Shown: one piece after another, positions 10,442 through 17,825 of the stretch
Layout: each line of letters begins with the position of its first letter
Numbering within the stretch: position 1 is the stretch's first letter
Sequence record: OR822025.1
From: Enterobacter phage NJ2
Direction: 5' to 3' (one strand)
DNA: 39,605 nucleotides
The notes under the pieces: generated by a model
Told to the model about the DNA's origin: nothing
The model's database searches: none
The model's input: the letters and a program-made list of their open reading frames with translations, nothing else
Program-made: the position numbers and the translations under genes

Positions 10442-12292
10442 ATGGCTACTAATATTAAGACCGTCAAGACGTACCCACTTAATGGGAGCACTACGGAGTT
10501 TGCGGTACCCTTTGAGTACCTGGCCCGTAAGTTCGTCCAGGTGACGCTGATTGGTCAGGACCGTAAAGTCCTCGTACTGAACCAGGACTACAGGTTCTCC
10601 ACTAAGGCAATCATCTCTACCACTAAGGCTTGGGGTTCGGCTGACGGCTACGACACTATCGAGATTCGACGCTACACGTCCGCCACTGAGCGACTGGTAG
10701 ACTTCACCGATGGTTCTATCCTACGAGCTTATGACCTGAACGTGTCCCAGCTCCAGACCATCCACGTAGCCGAGGAAGCACGAGACCTGACTGCTGACAC
10801 TATCGGTGTTAACAATGATGGTAACCTGGATGCCCGTGGTCGACGCATCGTCAACGTAGCTGACCCGGTAGAGGATGGGGATGCAATCAACCTGCGCTCC
10901 ATGAAGAAGTGGAATGACTCTGCCCTCGTGTCTGCCAATAAGGCAAAGGTATCAGAGGAGAACGCTAAGGCTTCTGAGGTGAGCGCTGGGCAGTCTGCCA
11001 CCACGGCGACCCAACAGGCAACCAACGCCGCTAACTCAGCATCTCAGGCCAACACGTCACGCATCGCGTCAGAGGCTGCAAGAGACCGTTCGGAGGCTGC
11101 AAGAGACCGTTCGGAGACTGCACGTACTGCCTCAGAGTCTGCGCGTGATTCCGCTAAGGATTGGGCCGAGAAAGCCGTAGACTCCGCAGTTGAGCCTGGT
11201 ATGTACTCGTCTAAACATTGGGCCGTAAAAAGCTCACAATCAGCTACTTCGGCAAAGTCAGAGGCGGACAGGGCCAAGACTGAAGCGGATAAGCTCGCTA
11301 ATACCAACGCGCTGGCATCTGAACTTGAGGGTGTTGATACCACCAACCACATTATAATCTTTAAAGGTTCAGTGGTTACTCGTGACGGTCTTACTTCTGC
11401 TAAGAACATCAAGGGTACATGGCCAACAGGCGGGTGGTCGTCCCCTCAGCTAACATCATCTATCGAGCAAGATGGATACACGAGGGCACGAGGTAGTCTA
11501 TATGTGGAAGGCTCCCAGGGTGCTGGGACAGGAGACACAAGGTCCACCTGGGCTTCACACCACTATGACACATCAGGTGCCCTTCGTGGGTCGACTTATG
11601 CGTCCCTCTACCCCCCTCAGTCAGGCCGAGCAGGTCGCTTGTGGACCCAGCGTCTTAACCTTGATGGGTTCCAGACTGGATGGGATGGACCTCAGAATGC
11701 CTATGAGTCTCCAATTTGGATAAACAACTTGTCATCTCCGAATAATGACGGCTGGGTTCCTTCTATTTCATTCCAGACATACTCGTCTGGCGGTTATCCA
11801 ATAAGGGCGACTAACGGTTTAATTGCCAGAGGTCCAACAACTTGGCCAGATTACGGAATCAGGCTTAGAGGGGACGGTCAGTTTTCGGCGACGTACTTCT
11901 TCACAATGGGTGGTGGCATCTCAGCGTGGTTATCCAACTTCTCGGGACAGCAGTCTTTCATTGAGTTCCAGAAGACACCTGTGTCGGATGCTCGATTGAA
12001 AGACGTAAAGGGTGCGGTGGATAAAGAGGATGTCCTGCGTAAGGTTAATTCCCTTGAGTTTGTAAACTTCACATTCAAAGGGGACGATAAGGGGGAGGTT
12101 CGTCGGGGCGTTATCGCCCAGCAAGCAAAGGAAGTTGATGACCAGTACGTTAAGCATCACGTAATGCCTGAGAGAATGGGTTACGATGCGGTGGATGTAT
12201 ACTCGCTTGATACCGTACCAATGCTTCTAGACGCTCTTGCGGCTATTCAGGTACTAACAAAACGGATTGAACAACTGGAGGGACTTAAATAA
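10442..12292 (+). CDS. gp17: tail fibre protein (gene 17 homolog), 616 aa, with C-terminal intramolecular chaperone (S74 peptidase-like) module
   Basis: The N-terminal ~150 aa (MATNIKTVKTYPLNGSTTEFAVPFEYLARKFV ... GSILRAYDLNVSQLQT) match the conserved gp17 tail-attachment domain. The C-terminal ~100 aa contain the autoproteolysis motif S-DARLKDVKG (SD at 11984..11989) typical of intramolecular-chaperone domains. Confidence 0.9.
   Translation: MATNIKTVKTYPLNGSTTEFAVPFEYLARKFVQVTLIGQDRKVLVLNQDYRFSTKAIISTTKAWGSADGYDTIEIRRYTSATERLVDFTDGSILRAYDLNVSQLQTIHVAEEARDLTADTIGVNNDGNLDARGRRIVNVADPVEDGDAINLRSMKKWNDSALVSANKAKVSEENAKASEVSAGQSATTATQQATNAANSASQANTSRIASEAARDRSEAARDRSETARTASESARDSAKDWAEKAVDSAVEPGMYSSKHWAVKSSQSATSAKSEADRAKTEADKLANTNALASELEGVDTTNHIIIFKGSVVTRDGLTSAKNIKGTWPTGGWSSPQLTSSIEQDGYTRARGSLYVEGSQGAGTGDTRSTWASHHYDTSGALRGSTYASLYPPQSGRAGRLWTQRLNLDGFQTGWDGPQNAYESPIWINNLSSPNNDGWVPSISFQTYSSGGYPIRATNGLIARGPTTWPDYGIRLRGDGQFSATYFFTMGGGISAWLSNFSGQQSFIEFQKTPVSDARLKDVKGAVDKEDVLRKVNSLEFVNFTFKGDDKGEVRRGVIAQQAKEVDDQYVKHHVMPERMGYDAVDVYSLDTVPMLLDALAAIQVLTKRIEQLEGLK
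11072..11113 (+). repeat. perfect 21-bp tandem duplication (GAGGCTGCAAGAGACCGTTCG x2) inside the gene 17 shaft region, encoding EAARDRS x2, followed by a degenerate third copy
   Basis: Exact repeats at 11072..11092 and 11093..11113. A degenerate third unit follows. Confidence 0.9.
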
Positions 12293-12495
12293 TGTTATCA
12301 CTAGACTTCAACAACGAGGTCATTAAGGCTGCCCCGATTGCCGGGGTGGCTGGTGCTGATGGAGTGGCTCGCCTGTTCTGGGGCCTCTCCCTCAACGAAT
12401 GGTTCTACGTTGCAGCTATCGCCTACACAGTGGTTCAGATTGGTGCCAAGGTAGTCGACAAGATTATTGACTGGAAGAAAGCAAACAAGGAGTAA
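12292..12495 (+). CDS. gp17.5: class II holin (gene 17.5 homolog), 67 aa
   Basis: 67 aa, near-identical in length and sequence pattern to T7 gp17.5 (MLSLDFNNE...WFYVAAIAYTVVQIGAKVVDK...DWKKANKE). The start overlaps the gene 17 stop (TAATG). Confidence 0.92.
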   Translation: MLSLDFNNEVIKAAPIAGVAGADGVARLFWGLSLNEWFYVAAIAYTVVQIGAKVVDKIIDWKKANKE

Positions 12496-12499
12496 CACT

Positions 12500-12763
12500 A
12501 TGAGTGATAAATCCCTGATTCACTTCCTTGAGATGTTGGACACTGAGATGGCCCAGCGCATGCTGAAAGACCTTCAGGATGGCGAGAAGCGAACCCCTCA
12601 GTTATACAACGCCATTGGTAAACTACTGGAGCGCCACAAGTTCCAGATTGGTAAGCTTACCCCAGACGAGAACATCCTCGGTGGACTGGCAGATGGACTC
12701 AAGGACTACAACAAGACAGTCGGTAATGACGGTCTGGAGGAAGACGACCTGTATCGTCACTAA
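12500..12763 (+). CDS. gp18: terminase small subunit (gene 18 homolog), 87 aa
   Basis: I chose the internal ATG at 12500 (MSDKSLIHFLEMLDT, matching the T7 gp18 N-terminus as I recall it) with GGAG upstream, rather than the 12467 ATG. Confidence 0.85.
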   Translation: MSDKSLIHFLEMLDTEMAQRMLKDLQDGEKRTPQLYNAIGKLLERHKFQIGKLTPDENILGGLADGLKDYNKTVGNDGLEEDDLYRH

Positions 12764-12769
12764 GATAGG

Positions 12770-12808
12770 CATACTCAAGGTTACTACATCTAGTAGCCTT
12801 TATGAATG
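12770..12808 (+). promoter_or_regulatory. RNase III-type processing hairpin (R18.5 equivalent)
   Basis: CATACTCAAGGT-TACTAC-atc-TAGTAGCC-TTTATGAATG shares its flanks (ACTCAAGGT ... CCTTYATGAWT) with the elements at 22384 and 29494. It lies between gene 18 and gene 18.5, where T7 has R18.5. Confidence 0.55.
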
Positions 12809-12863
12809 CTTAACACAACGCTAGGCGTTCCTACGTGAATTCTTTTAATCTACGGGAGGCATT

Positions 12864-13307
12864 ATGCTGGAACTTTTAAAGAAGGCGCTCCCATTCCTGC
12901 TTGCGGTCTGCCTGTTCGCCTCCGGGTGGTACATTGGGTCAGACCGTAAGGACTCTGAATGGAAGGAGGTAATACACAATGAGTACGTCACTAAAGCAGA
13001 AGCTCGTAAGGACAAGCAAGCGAGTATCGACAAAGTTAGCGCTAAGTATCAAGACGACCTCGCGGCTCTTGAAGGGAGCACTGATAGGATTATTAATGAC
13101 CTTAGTCGTGATAACAAGCGGCTGCGCGTCAACGTCTGTGCCCCAGGTACCGCAAGAGGACTTAACGGTCGATGCGAGTCTTATGTCTCCGTCGAACTAC
13201 ACGAGTCAACTGTTAGAAGCCTTGTCGAAATAACCCAGAAGGCTGACCTCAAGGAGAGGGCGCTTCAGGATACAATCCGTAAGCTTCAAAACAAGAAGGA
13301 GAAATAG
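12864..13307 (+). CDS. gp18.5: i-spanin / Rz-like (gene 18.5 homolog), 147 aa
   Basis: An N-terminal TM segment ([19 protein letters not shown]) followed by a periplasmic coiled region. Position after gene 18. Similar to T7 gp18.5. Confidence 0.88.
   Translation: MLELLKKALPFLLAVCLFASGWYIGSDRKDSEWKEVIHNEYVTKAEARKDKQASIDKVSAKYQDDLAALEGSTDRIINDLSRDNKRLRVNVCAPGTARGLNGRCESYVSVELHESTVRSLVEITQKADLKERALQDTIRKLQNKKEK
12979..13233 (+). CDS. gp18.7: o-spanin / Rz1-like lipoprotein (gene 18.7 homolog), 84 aa, embedded in +1 frame of gene 18.5
   Basis: Fully embedded in gene 18.5. It has a lipobox ([11 protein letters not shown]) and a proline-rich C-terminal part. It is the same size as T7 gp18.7 (83 aa). 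Confidence 0.85.
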   Translation: MSTSLKQKLVRTSKRVSTKLALSIKTTSRLLKGALIGLLMTLVVITSGCASTSVPQVPQEDLTVDASLMSPSNYTSQLLEALSK

Positions 13308-13308
13308 G

Positions 13309-15063
13309 ATGTCGCAAGAAGCTCGTAATGCGGTAATCATCGCACAACTCAAAAGCGACTTCGTGGCGTTCCTGTTCGTTCTCTGGAAGGCGCTGAATCT
13401 ACCAGCTCCGACCAAGTGTCAGATTGACATGGCTAAGTGCCTGGCGAATGGGGACAACAAGAAGTTTATCTTACAGGCTTTCCGAGGTATCGGGAAGTCG
13501 TTCATCACCTGTGCGTTCGTTGTGTGGTCCCTATGGAGAGACCCTCAGCTCAAGATTCTGATTGTGTCAGCATCAAAGGAACGTGCGGACGCTAACTCCA
13601 TCTTCATCAAGAACATCATTGATTTGTTGCCTTTCCTTAGTGAGCTTAAGCCTCGCCCTGGTCAGCGTGACTCTGTGATTAGTTTCGATGTAGGCCCAGC
13701 TAAGCCCGACCACTCCCCGTCAGTTAAGTCTGTGGGTATCACTGGTCAGCTTACGGGTTCTCGTGCGGATATCATTATCGCAGATGACGTGGAGATTCCG
13801 TCTAACAGTGCCACTCAAGGTGCCCGTGAGAAACTGTGGACGCTGGTGCAAGAGTTTGCCGCTCTGCTCAAGCCTCTGCCAACTTCACGCGTAATCTACC
13901 TGGGGACTCCTCAGACCGAGATGACACTCTATAAGGAACTGGAAGATAACCGTGGGTACACCACCATAATCTGGCCAGCCCTGTATCCTCGCAGTAAAGA
14001 GGAGGACATGTACTACGGTGAGCGCTTAGCGCCTATGCTCCGTACTGAGTACATCGAGTTCCCTGAGGGACTCATGGGTCAACCAACAGACCCTGTTCGA
14101 TTCGACATGGACGACCTGCGGGAACGTGAGCTGGAATACGGTAAGGCTGGCTTTACCTTACAGTTCATGCTTAACCCGAACCTGTCTGATGCCGAGAAGT
14201 ACCCTCTGAGGCTCCGTGACGCTATCGTAGCGGCCCTGGACCTTGAGAAGGCACCGATGCACTACCAATGGCTGCCGAACCGTCAGAACCTCATTGAGGA
14301 GCTTCCCAACGTGGGACTCAAGGGTGATGACCTTCACAGCTTCCATTCGTGCTCCCAGAACACCGGACAGTATCAGCAACGCATCCTCGTGATTGACCCA
14401 AGTGGCCGTGGTAAGGATGAGACAGGTTACGCGGTGTTGTTCACCCTGAACGGCTACATCTACCTGATGGAAGCTGGCGGGTTCCGCGATGGTTACTCCG
14501 ACAAGACCCTTGAGGCCCTCGCTAAGAAGGCCAAGCAATGGAAAGTGCAGACTGTGGTCTTTGAGAGTAACTTCGGGGATGGTATGTTTGGTAAGGTGTT
14601 CAGTCCTGTTCTCCTTAAGTATCACCCAGCGTCTATGGAGGAAATCCGAGCGCGAGGTATGAAGGAGCTGCGAATCTGCGACACACTGGAACCTGTCCTG
14701 TCTACTCACCGCCTTGTCATCCGTGATGAAGTGGTCAGAGAGGATTACCAGACTGCCCGTGACTCCGATGGGAAACACGATGTGAAGTACAGCCTGTTCT
14801 ACCAGCTCACCCGTATGACCCGTGAGAAGGGCGCTGTGGCCCACGATGACCGACTTGATGCTCTGGCATTGGGTATCGAATGGCTACGCTCTACGATGGA
14901 GCTGGATGCCGTCAAAGTGGAACACGAGCAACTCCAGGCGTTCCTTGAGGACCATATGGCGAAACCTCTGGTGGGCGGTGAGGCTGCACGGCAGATGACC
15001 TATGGTGGCATCGACATCTACTACGAGGACGAAGGGTCTGGTACCCAATTCATCCAGTGGTAG
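13309..15063 (+). CDS. gp19: terminase large subunit (gene 19 homolog), 584 aa
   Basis: Size (T7 gp19 is 586 aa). A Walker A-like motif (FRGIGKSF) and conserved ATPase/nuclease layout. Synteny. Confidence 0.93.
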   Translation: MSQEARNAVIIAQLKSDFVAFLFVLWKALNLPAPTKCQIDMAKCLANGDNKKFILQAFRGIGKSFITCAFVVWSLWRDPQLKILIVSASKERADANSIFIKNIIDLLPFLSELKPRPGQRDSVISFDVGPAKPDHSPSVKSVGITGQLTGSRADIIIADDVEIPSNSATQGAREKLWTLVQEFAALLKPLPTSRVIYLGTPQTEMTLYKELEDNRGYTTIIWPALYPRSKEEDMYYGERLAPMLRTEYIEFPEGLMGQPTDPVRFDMDDLRERELEYGKAGFTLQFMLNPNLSDAEKYPLRLRDAIVAALDLEKAPMHYQWLPNRQNLIEELPNVGLKGDDLHSFHSCSQNTGQYQQRILVIDPSGRGKDETGYAVLFTLNGYIYLMEAGGFRDGYSDKTLEALAKKAKQWKVQTVVFESNFGDGMFGKVFSPVLLKYHPASMEEIRARGMKELRICDTLEPVLSTHRLVIRDEVVREDYQTARDSDGKHDVKYSLFYQLTRMTREKGAVAHDDRLDALALGIEWLRSTMELDAVKVEHEQLQAFLEDHMAKPLVGGEAARQMTYGGIDIYYEDEGSGTQFIQW

Positions 15064-15143
15064 TTATGCAAGTAATCTGCATGGATAAGCAGTTAATCCC
15101 AAGGACGGGATGAGGGCAGTTTCCTTACTAATCATGCACTTAG

Positions 15144-15166
15144 GTTAACGACTCACTATAGGGAGA
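15144..15166 (+). promoter_or_regulatory. phage RNAP class III promoter (phiOR equivalent)
   Basis: GTTAACGACTCACTATAGGGAGA. The +1 G is at 15161. It lies downstream of gene 19 and upstream of 19.5. Confidence 0.88.
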
Positions 15167-15212
15167 GAGAACCCAAAGACTTACTATAAGATACTATTCA
15201 CATGAGTATTCA

Positions 15213-15249
15213 CTTAAGGTGTTCCCTACGGTCAGTAGGGTTCCTTAAG
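15213..15249 (+). other. imperfect palindrome/hairpin CTTAAGG-TGTT-CCCTAC-ggtca-GTAGGG-TT-CCTTAAG in the phiOR leader
   Basis: Inverted repeat read directly from the sequence. An RNA structure is possible in the phiOR transcript, which in T7 is implicated in concatemer processing. Confidence 0.4.
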
Positions 15250-15335
15250 CCAATGCTTATAGCAGACCGTTAAGTGTGATGGTGATTATATCATCACTAC
15301 CATCAAACCATAAGAGCAAACCTAAGGAGGACGTT

Positions 15336-15485
15336 ATGACTACCTTGCTCATGAAGCTGGCCCGTAGTCGTACCTTCTGGCGGTTTCTTGTTTTACTTGC
15401 TGGTGCCCTCGGTGCTACAGCTATCACTCAAGACCTCAGTGGACTGGAGACTCTCGTCTGCTCTGTACTTACTTGTAGCGATTAA
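15336..15485 (+). CDS. gp19.5: gene 19.5 homolog, 49 aa small membrane protein
   Basis: ATG 15336 with an AAGGAGG RBS gives 49 aa, the same length as T7 gp19.5. It has a hydrophobic core (FWRFLVLLAGALGATAI). It is the last gene before the right end. Confidence 0.7.
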   Translation: MTTLLMKLARSRTFWRFLVLLAGALGATAITQDLSGLETLVCSVLTCSD

Positions 15486-15562
15486 GCTATTGCTCACCCG
15501 ATAGTGCGCCCAGAGGATTCACTTCGGTATGATAAACACCATACCTCGTTCATCCTCTATGT

Positions 15563-15662
15563 CAATCAGTAGGCCCTAAGGTTAACTCCTCAGGGTCTCT
15601 ATTGGTCTACCTAAGGTACAGCGTGCCTAGGGTATTACCTAAGGTGGTTTCCTAAGGAGACC
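15563..15662 (+). repeat. array of CCTAAGG/CCTAGGG short repeats (right-end unique region preceding terminal repeat)
   Basis: CCTAAGG recurs four times (ccctaaggtt, tacctaaggt, tacctaaggtg, tcctaaggag) plus one CCTAGGG variant (cctagggt). This is analogous to the ACCTAAAG repeat arrays flanking the T7 terminal repeats. Confidence 0.6.
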
Positions 15663-15696
15663 CTTTAAGAATATACCACAAAAATCTCTGTAGGTA

Positions 15697-15904
15697 TCTC
15701 ATAGAGTAACGAACCCAAAGTACCCCCCGTAGGCCCTCCATTAGTTCCACCTACGGCACCACTCCCCTGTGGATAACTTTGTGGATAACCTAAGGAGTTC
15801 CTGTGGATAACTCTAGGTGATACCTAAGGGCTGTGGGTAACTCTTAGGGAGACTGTGGGTAACTTTGGGTGAACCTGTGGGTAACTTTGGGTCTGTCTGT
15901 CCCT
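15697..15904 (+). repeat. inferred (collapsed) direct terminal repeat; genome physical ends expected near 15697
   Basis: TCTCATAGAGTAACGAACCCAAAGTACCCCCCGTAGG resembles the T7 left end TCTCACAGTGTACGGACCTAAAGTTCCCCCATAGG. GTCCCTATCTGTTA near 15900 resembles the end of the T7 terminal repeat. The boundaries are approximate and rest on memory of T7. Confidence 0.35.
15768..15884 (+). repeat. six same-orientation DnaA-box-like nonamers: TGTGGATAA at 15768, 15780, 15802 and TGTGGGTAA at 15832, 15854, 15876
   Basis: Read directly from the sequence. The reverse complement TTATCCACA is the perfect DnaA box, and TTACCCACA is one mismatch from it. They sit in 22-nt periodic units CTGTGGRTAACTYTDGG. 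Confidence 0.6.
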
Positions 15905-15909
15905 ATCTG

Positions 15910-16050
15910 TTAGTCACTCCTAAGGTCACCACTTAAGGTCATCACCTAAGGGAGACATCAAGCCATCACTACCTAAGGTTAGCCACCTAAGGGACAGCTC
16001 CTAAGGTGAGACATCCAGTTATCACTGAGACACTCACTCCTAAGGTTCAC
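15910..16050 (+). repeat. second array of CCTAAGG-containing repeats (left-end side, after terminal repeat)
   Basis: cactcctaaggtcacc, cacttaaggtcatcacctaaggg, ctacctaaggttagccacctaaggg, ctcctaaggtg and cactcctaaggttcacc are spaced at ~12-25 nt. T7 has ACCTAAAG repeats at the equivalent place. Confidence 0.6.
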
Positions 16051-16199
16051 CGTTAGCCCTCGTTTAGCAGAGTCTCAGAGCTTAGACTCACAGGTTATCA
16101 CTACTGGCTATCTTTTAGCAGTCTCATTAGCCTTAGAGACGATTCTATCCGGTGAGCCATTAAGATAGCCTCATATCATGGTCATTGTCAACACTCACC

Positions 16200-16222
16200 A
16201 TTAACGACTCACTATAGGGATA
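16200..16222 (+). promoter_or_regulatory. phage RNAP promoter phiOL equivalent (ATTAACGACTCACTATAGGGATA)
   Basis: Consensus from -17 to +3, with GGGATA instead of GGGAGA. It lies left of the early region, as phiOL does in T7. Confidence 0.8.
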
Positions 16223-16330
16223 CTTAAAGGTCTTACTTATAGCCTTACTATTAAGATAATCATTAACCTTAAGTATCACTTTAAGTCTCTCTATAGGAAA
16301 CCCTGAGGTATACTGGATGAATTAACAGTG

Positions 16331-16360
16331 TTGACATTGGGTCTGCCCTATGGCTTAATA
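16331..16360 (+). promoter_or_regulatory. candidate host sigma70 early promoter (A-type): AGTGTTGACA -35 at 16331..16336, weak -10 CTTAAT/TTAATA
   Basis: A perfect TTGACA is embedded in the AGTGTTGACA context, which is shared with the 16463 element. The -10 is poor, so confidence is low. Confidence 0.35.
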
Positions 16361-16462
16361 GCTCTCGTCGACAGGACACAGCGACACCGGGGAGAATACC
16401 TAGAGTTATCCTAGCGGTAGTGACCTGAAGACCAAGTAGCTAGTCAACGGCATACGAAAGTG

Positions 16463-16491
16463 TTGACAAACAGATTTACCAGTAGTAACCT
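16463..16491 (+). promoter_or_regulatory. candidate host sigma70 early promoter (A-type): TTGACA 16463..16468, 17-nt spacer, TAACCT 16486..16491
   Basis: The -35 consensus plus a TAnnnT -10 at the correct spacing. The architecture resembles T7 A2/A3 (TTGACAACATGAAGTAA...). Confidence 0.45.
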
Positions 16492-16516
16492 GTAGTCCAA
16501 GCAGTACGAAACACCT

Positions 16517-16558
16517 AGAGGCAACGCCTCGCCGCTCTTTAACAATCTGGACTGTGAA
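16517..16558 (+). promoter_or_regulatory. R0.3-like element: hairpin GAGGC-aac-GCCTC followed by CGCTCTTTAACAATCTGG
   Basis: CGCTCTTTAACAATCTGG matches the sequence at the T7 R0.3 RNase III site before gene 0.3, as I recall it. A perfect 5-bp hairpin sits immediately upstream. Confidence 0.4.
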
Positions 16559-16723
16559 TGAACATCCTGAGCCACAACTGGCCCTAGTCGAAAGGTGGAT
16601 GTGACGTGACCGCACAAGCGGTAGCCAATACGAGACTAAGCACACGCAATAGCGATTAACGACAGGTCATCTCAATAGGTGGCCTGAAAGATAATCACTA
16701 ACTACCGCAAGGAATCACATACC

Positions 16724-17176
16724 ATGATTTACACTAATGAACCTGCAAACGTCTTCTATGTACTGGTCTCTGCTGCACGAGCTAACCTTCCAGACGTGTC
16801 CAACATGAAGCGACAGCTCGCACTTGGGGATGCCCTCAAGTTTGACCCTGAGTATTACGGCGTGCTTGAATGCACTGGCCTCACTGGCTGGTACCGCGAG
16901 GAAGGGCAAGAGGTAGCAACGCAAGAGCGAACCTATCGTGTACGTTGTGCGAACCGCGCTCAGGCAATCAACGTGGCCCGTCTGGCTTGCAATACGTTCG
17001 ACCAAGATTGTGTGTTAGTCTACAAGTCGCAGACTCACACGGCTGGCCTGATGTTCTGCAAGGGTCTGGATGGTTATAAGACCACTCGTCTCAATGGGTC
17101 GTTCCAGCAGGTAGACAAGCCAACTGGTGAGAACTACACCACTGACGCTGAAGGGCGCTTCTGGGAGGTGGTCTAA
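16724..17176 (+). CDS. 0.3: S-adenosyl-L-methionine hydrolase/lyase (T3-type gene 0.3, SAMase), 150 aa
   Basis: Strong similarity to T3 SAMase as I recall it (MIFTKEPAHVFYVLVSA ... VRVRC.DKAQALNVARLACN...QDCVLVYKSQTHTAGL). It is the first early gene after the host promoters. It is not Ocr. Confidence 0.8.
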   Translation: MIYTNEPANVFYVLVSAARANLPDVSNMKRQLALGDALKFDPEYYGVLECTGLTGWYREEGQEVATQERTYRVRCANRAQAINVARLACNTFDQDCVLVYKSQTHTAGLMFCKGLDGYKTTRLNGSFQQVDKPTGENYTTDAEGRFWEVV

Positions 17177-17178
17177 TC

Positions 17179-17304
17179 GTGGTCATCGTGGTAGACGGCT
17201 TAGGCCGCACTGAGGAAGAGATTGAGGCACTCATAGCGGAGCAGATAGCCGCACACAAAGCGCGACAAGAAGAGCAGGAGAGGCAGAATGATAGCTTATA
17301 AGAT
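17179..17304 (+). CDS. possible small early ORF (GTG start, ~41 aa, acidic/charged: VVIVVDGLGRTEEEIEALIAEQIAAHKARQEEQERQNDSL)
   Basis: Open frame directly after the SAMase stop. No strong RBS, and it overlaps the next ORF start. Speculative. Confidence 0.2.
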
Positions 17305-17602
17305 ATTCCGAATTCGCAAGGACGGGACGCTCGGTCCACTATTTATCAACCGCAAGCAAGTTATACCTGAAGGGGTATGGCTTGAGGCTGAGAGCCACCC
17401 AACGAAAGGGTTTGCCTTCAGGCCGGGTTGGCATTGTACATTCACGCAGAACGCTCCTCATCTAAAGTTAGACCTGAAGTCCGGGGAGGAGCGAGCATGG
17501 TTTAAGGTGGAAGTAGAGGACGTGACGACATATGACAGACCGGAGTCACAAGGTGGAGCCTGGGTACTGGCTGGCAGATTGAAGGTCTTAGAGAGGGTAT
17601 GA
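17288..17602 (+). CDS. hypothetical early protein, 104 aa (no T7 counterpart recognised)
   Basis: ATG preceded by GGAGAGG. It occupies the 0.4-0.6 slot between the SAMase and the kinase. Its stop overlaps the next start (ATGA). Confidence 0.6.
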   Translation: MIAYKIFRIRKDGTLGPLFINRKQVIPEGVWLEAESHPTKGFAFRPGWHCTFTQNAPHLKLDLKSGEERAWFKVEVEDVTTYDRPESQGGAWVLAGRLKVLERV

Positions 17603-17805
17603 TGCTCACACTCTTTGTCATCACTGTGTACGCTCTCATAGGGGCGTACTTCATGCGAGACTTTAAACGTGGCTTGGAGGTACATAAGGCTACGCTCAGC
17701 TACTTCAAGTGGGGCTTCGTGCCTCGCTTCACGGTCCGGGAACGCAACGGACGCTTTAAGGCTAACAAGGTTGGCATCTTCTACGTTGCCACACATCAAA
17801 ATTAA
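17599..17805 (+). CDS. hypothetical small membrane protein, 68 aa (one TM: LTLFVITVYALIGAYF)
   Basis: Translationally coupled (ATGA) to the upstream ORF. Hydrophobic N-terminus followed by a basic tail. Early-region position. Confidence 0.55.
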   Translation: MMLTLFVITVYALIGAYFMRDFKRGLEVHKATLSYFKWGFVPRFTVRERNGRFKANKVGIFYVATHQN

Positions 17806-17825
17806 TCTACGTAAGGAACCACACT

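Noticed and set aside
15766-15890. Possible CRISPR-like array (regular short repeats)
   Set aside because: The repeat units are only ~12-22 nt with no spacer-length unique sequences, lie in a phage terminal repeat, and have no adjacent cas genes or leader. I interpret them as DnaA-box-like tandem repeats instead.
16286-16314. Possible third host promoter resembling T7 A1 (CACTTTAAGTCTCTCTATAGG ... TATACT)
   Set aside because: TATACT at 16309..16314 is a good -10 and the region resembles the T7 A1 sequence context. However no acceptable -35 hexamer lies 16-18 nt upstream, so I did not list it as a feature.
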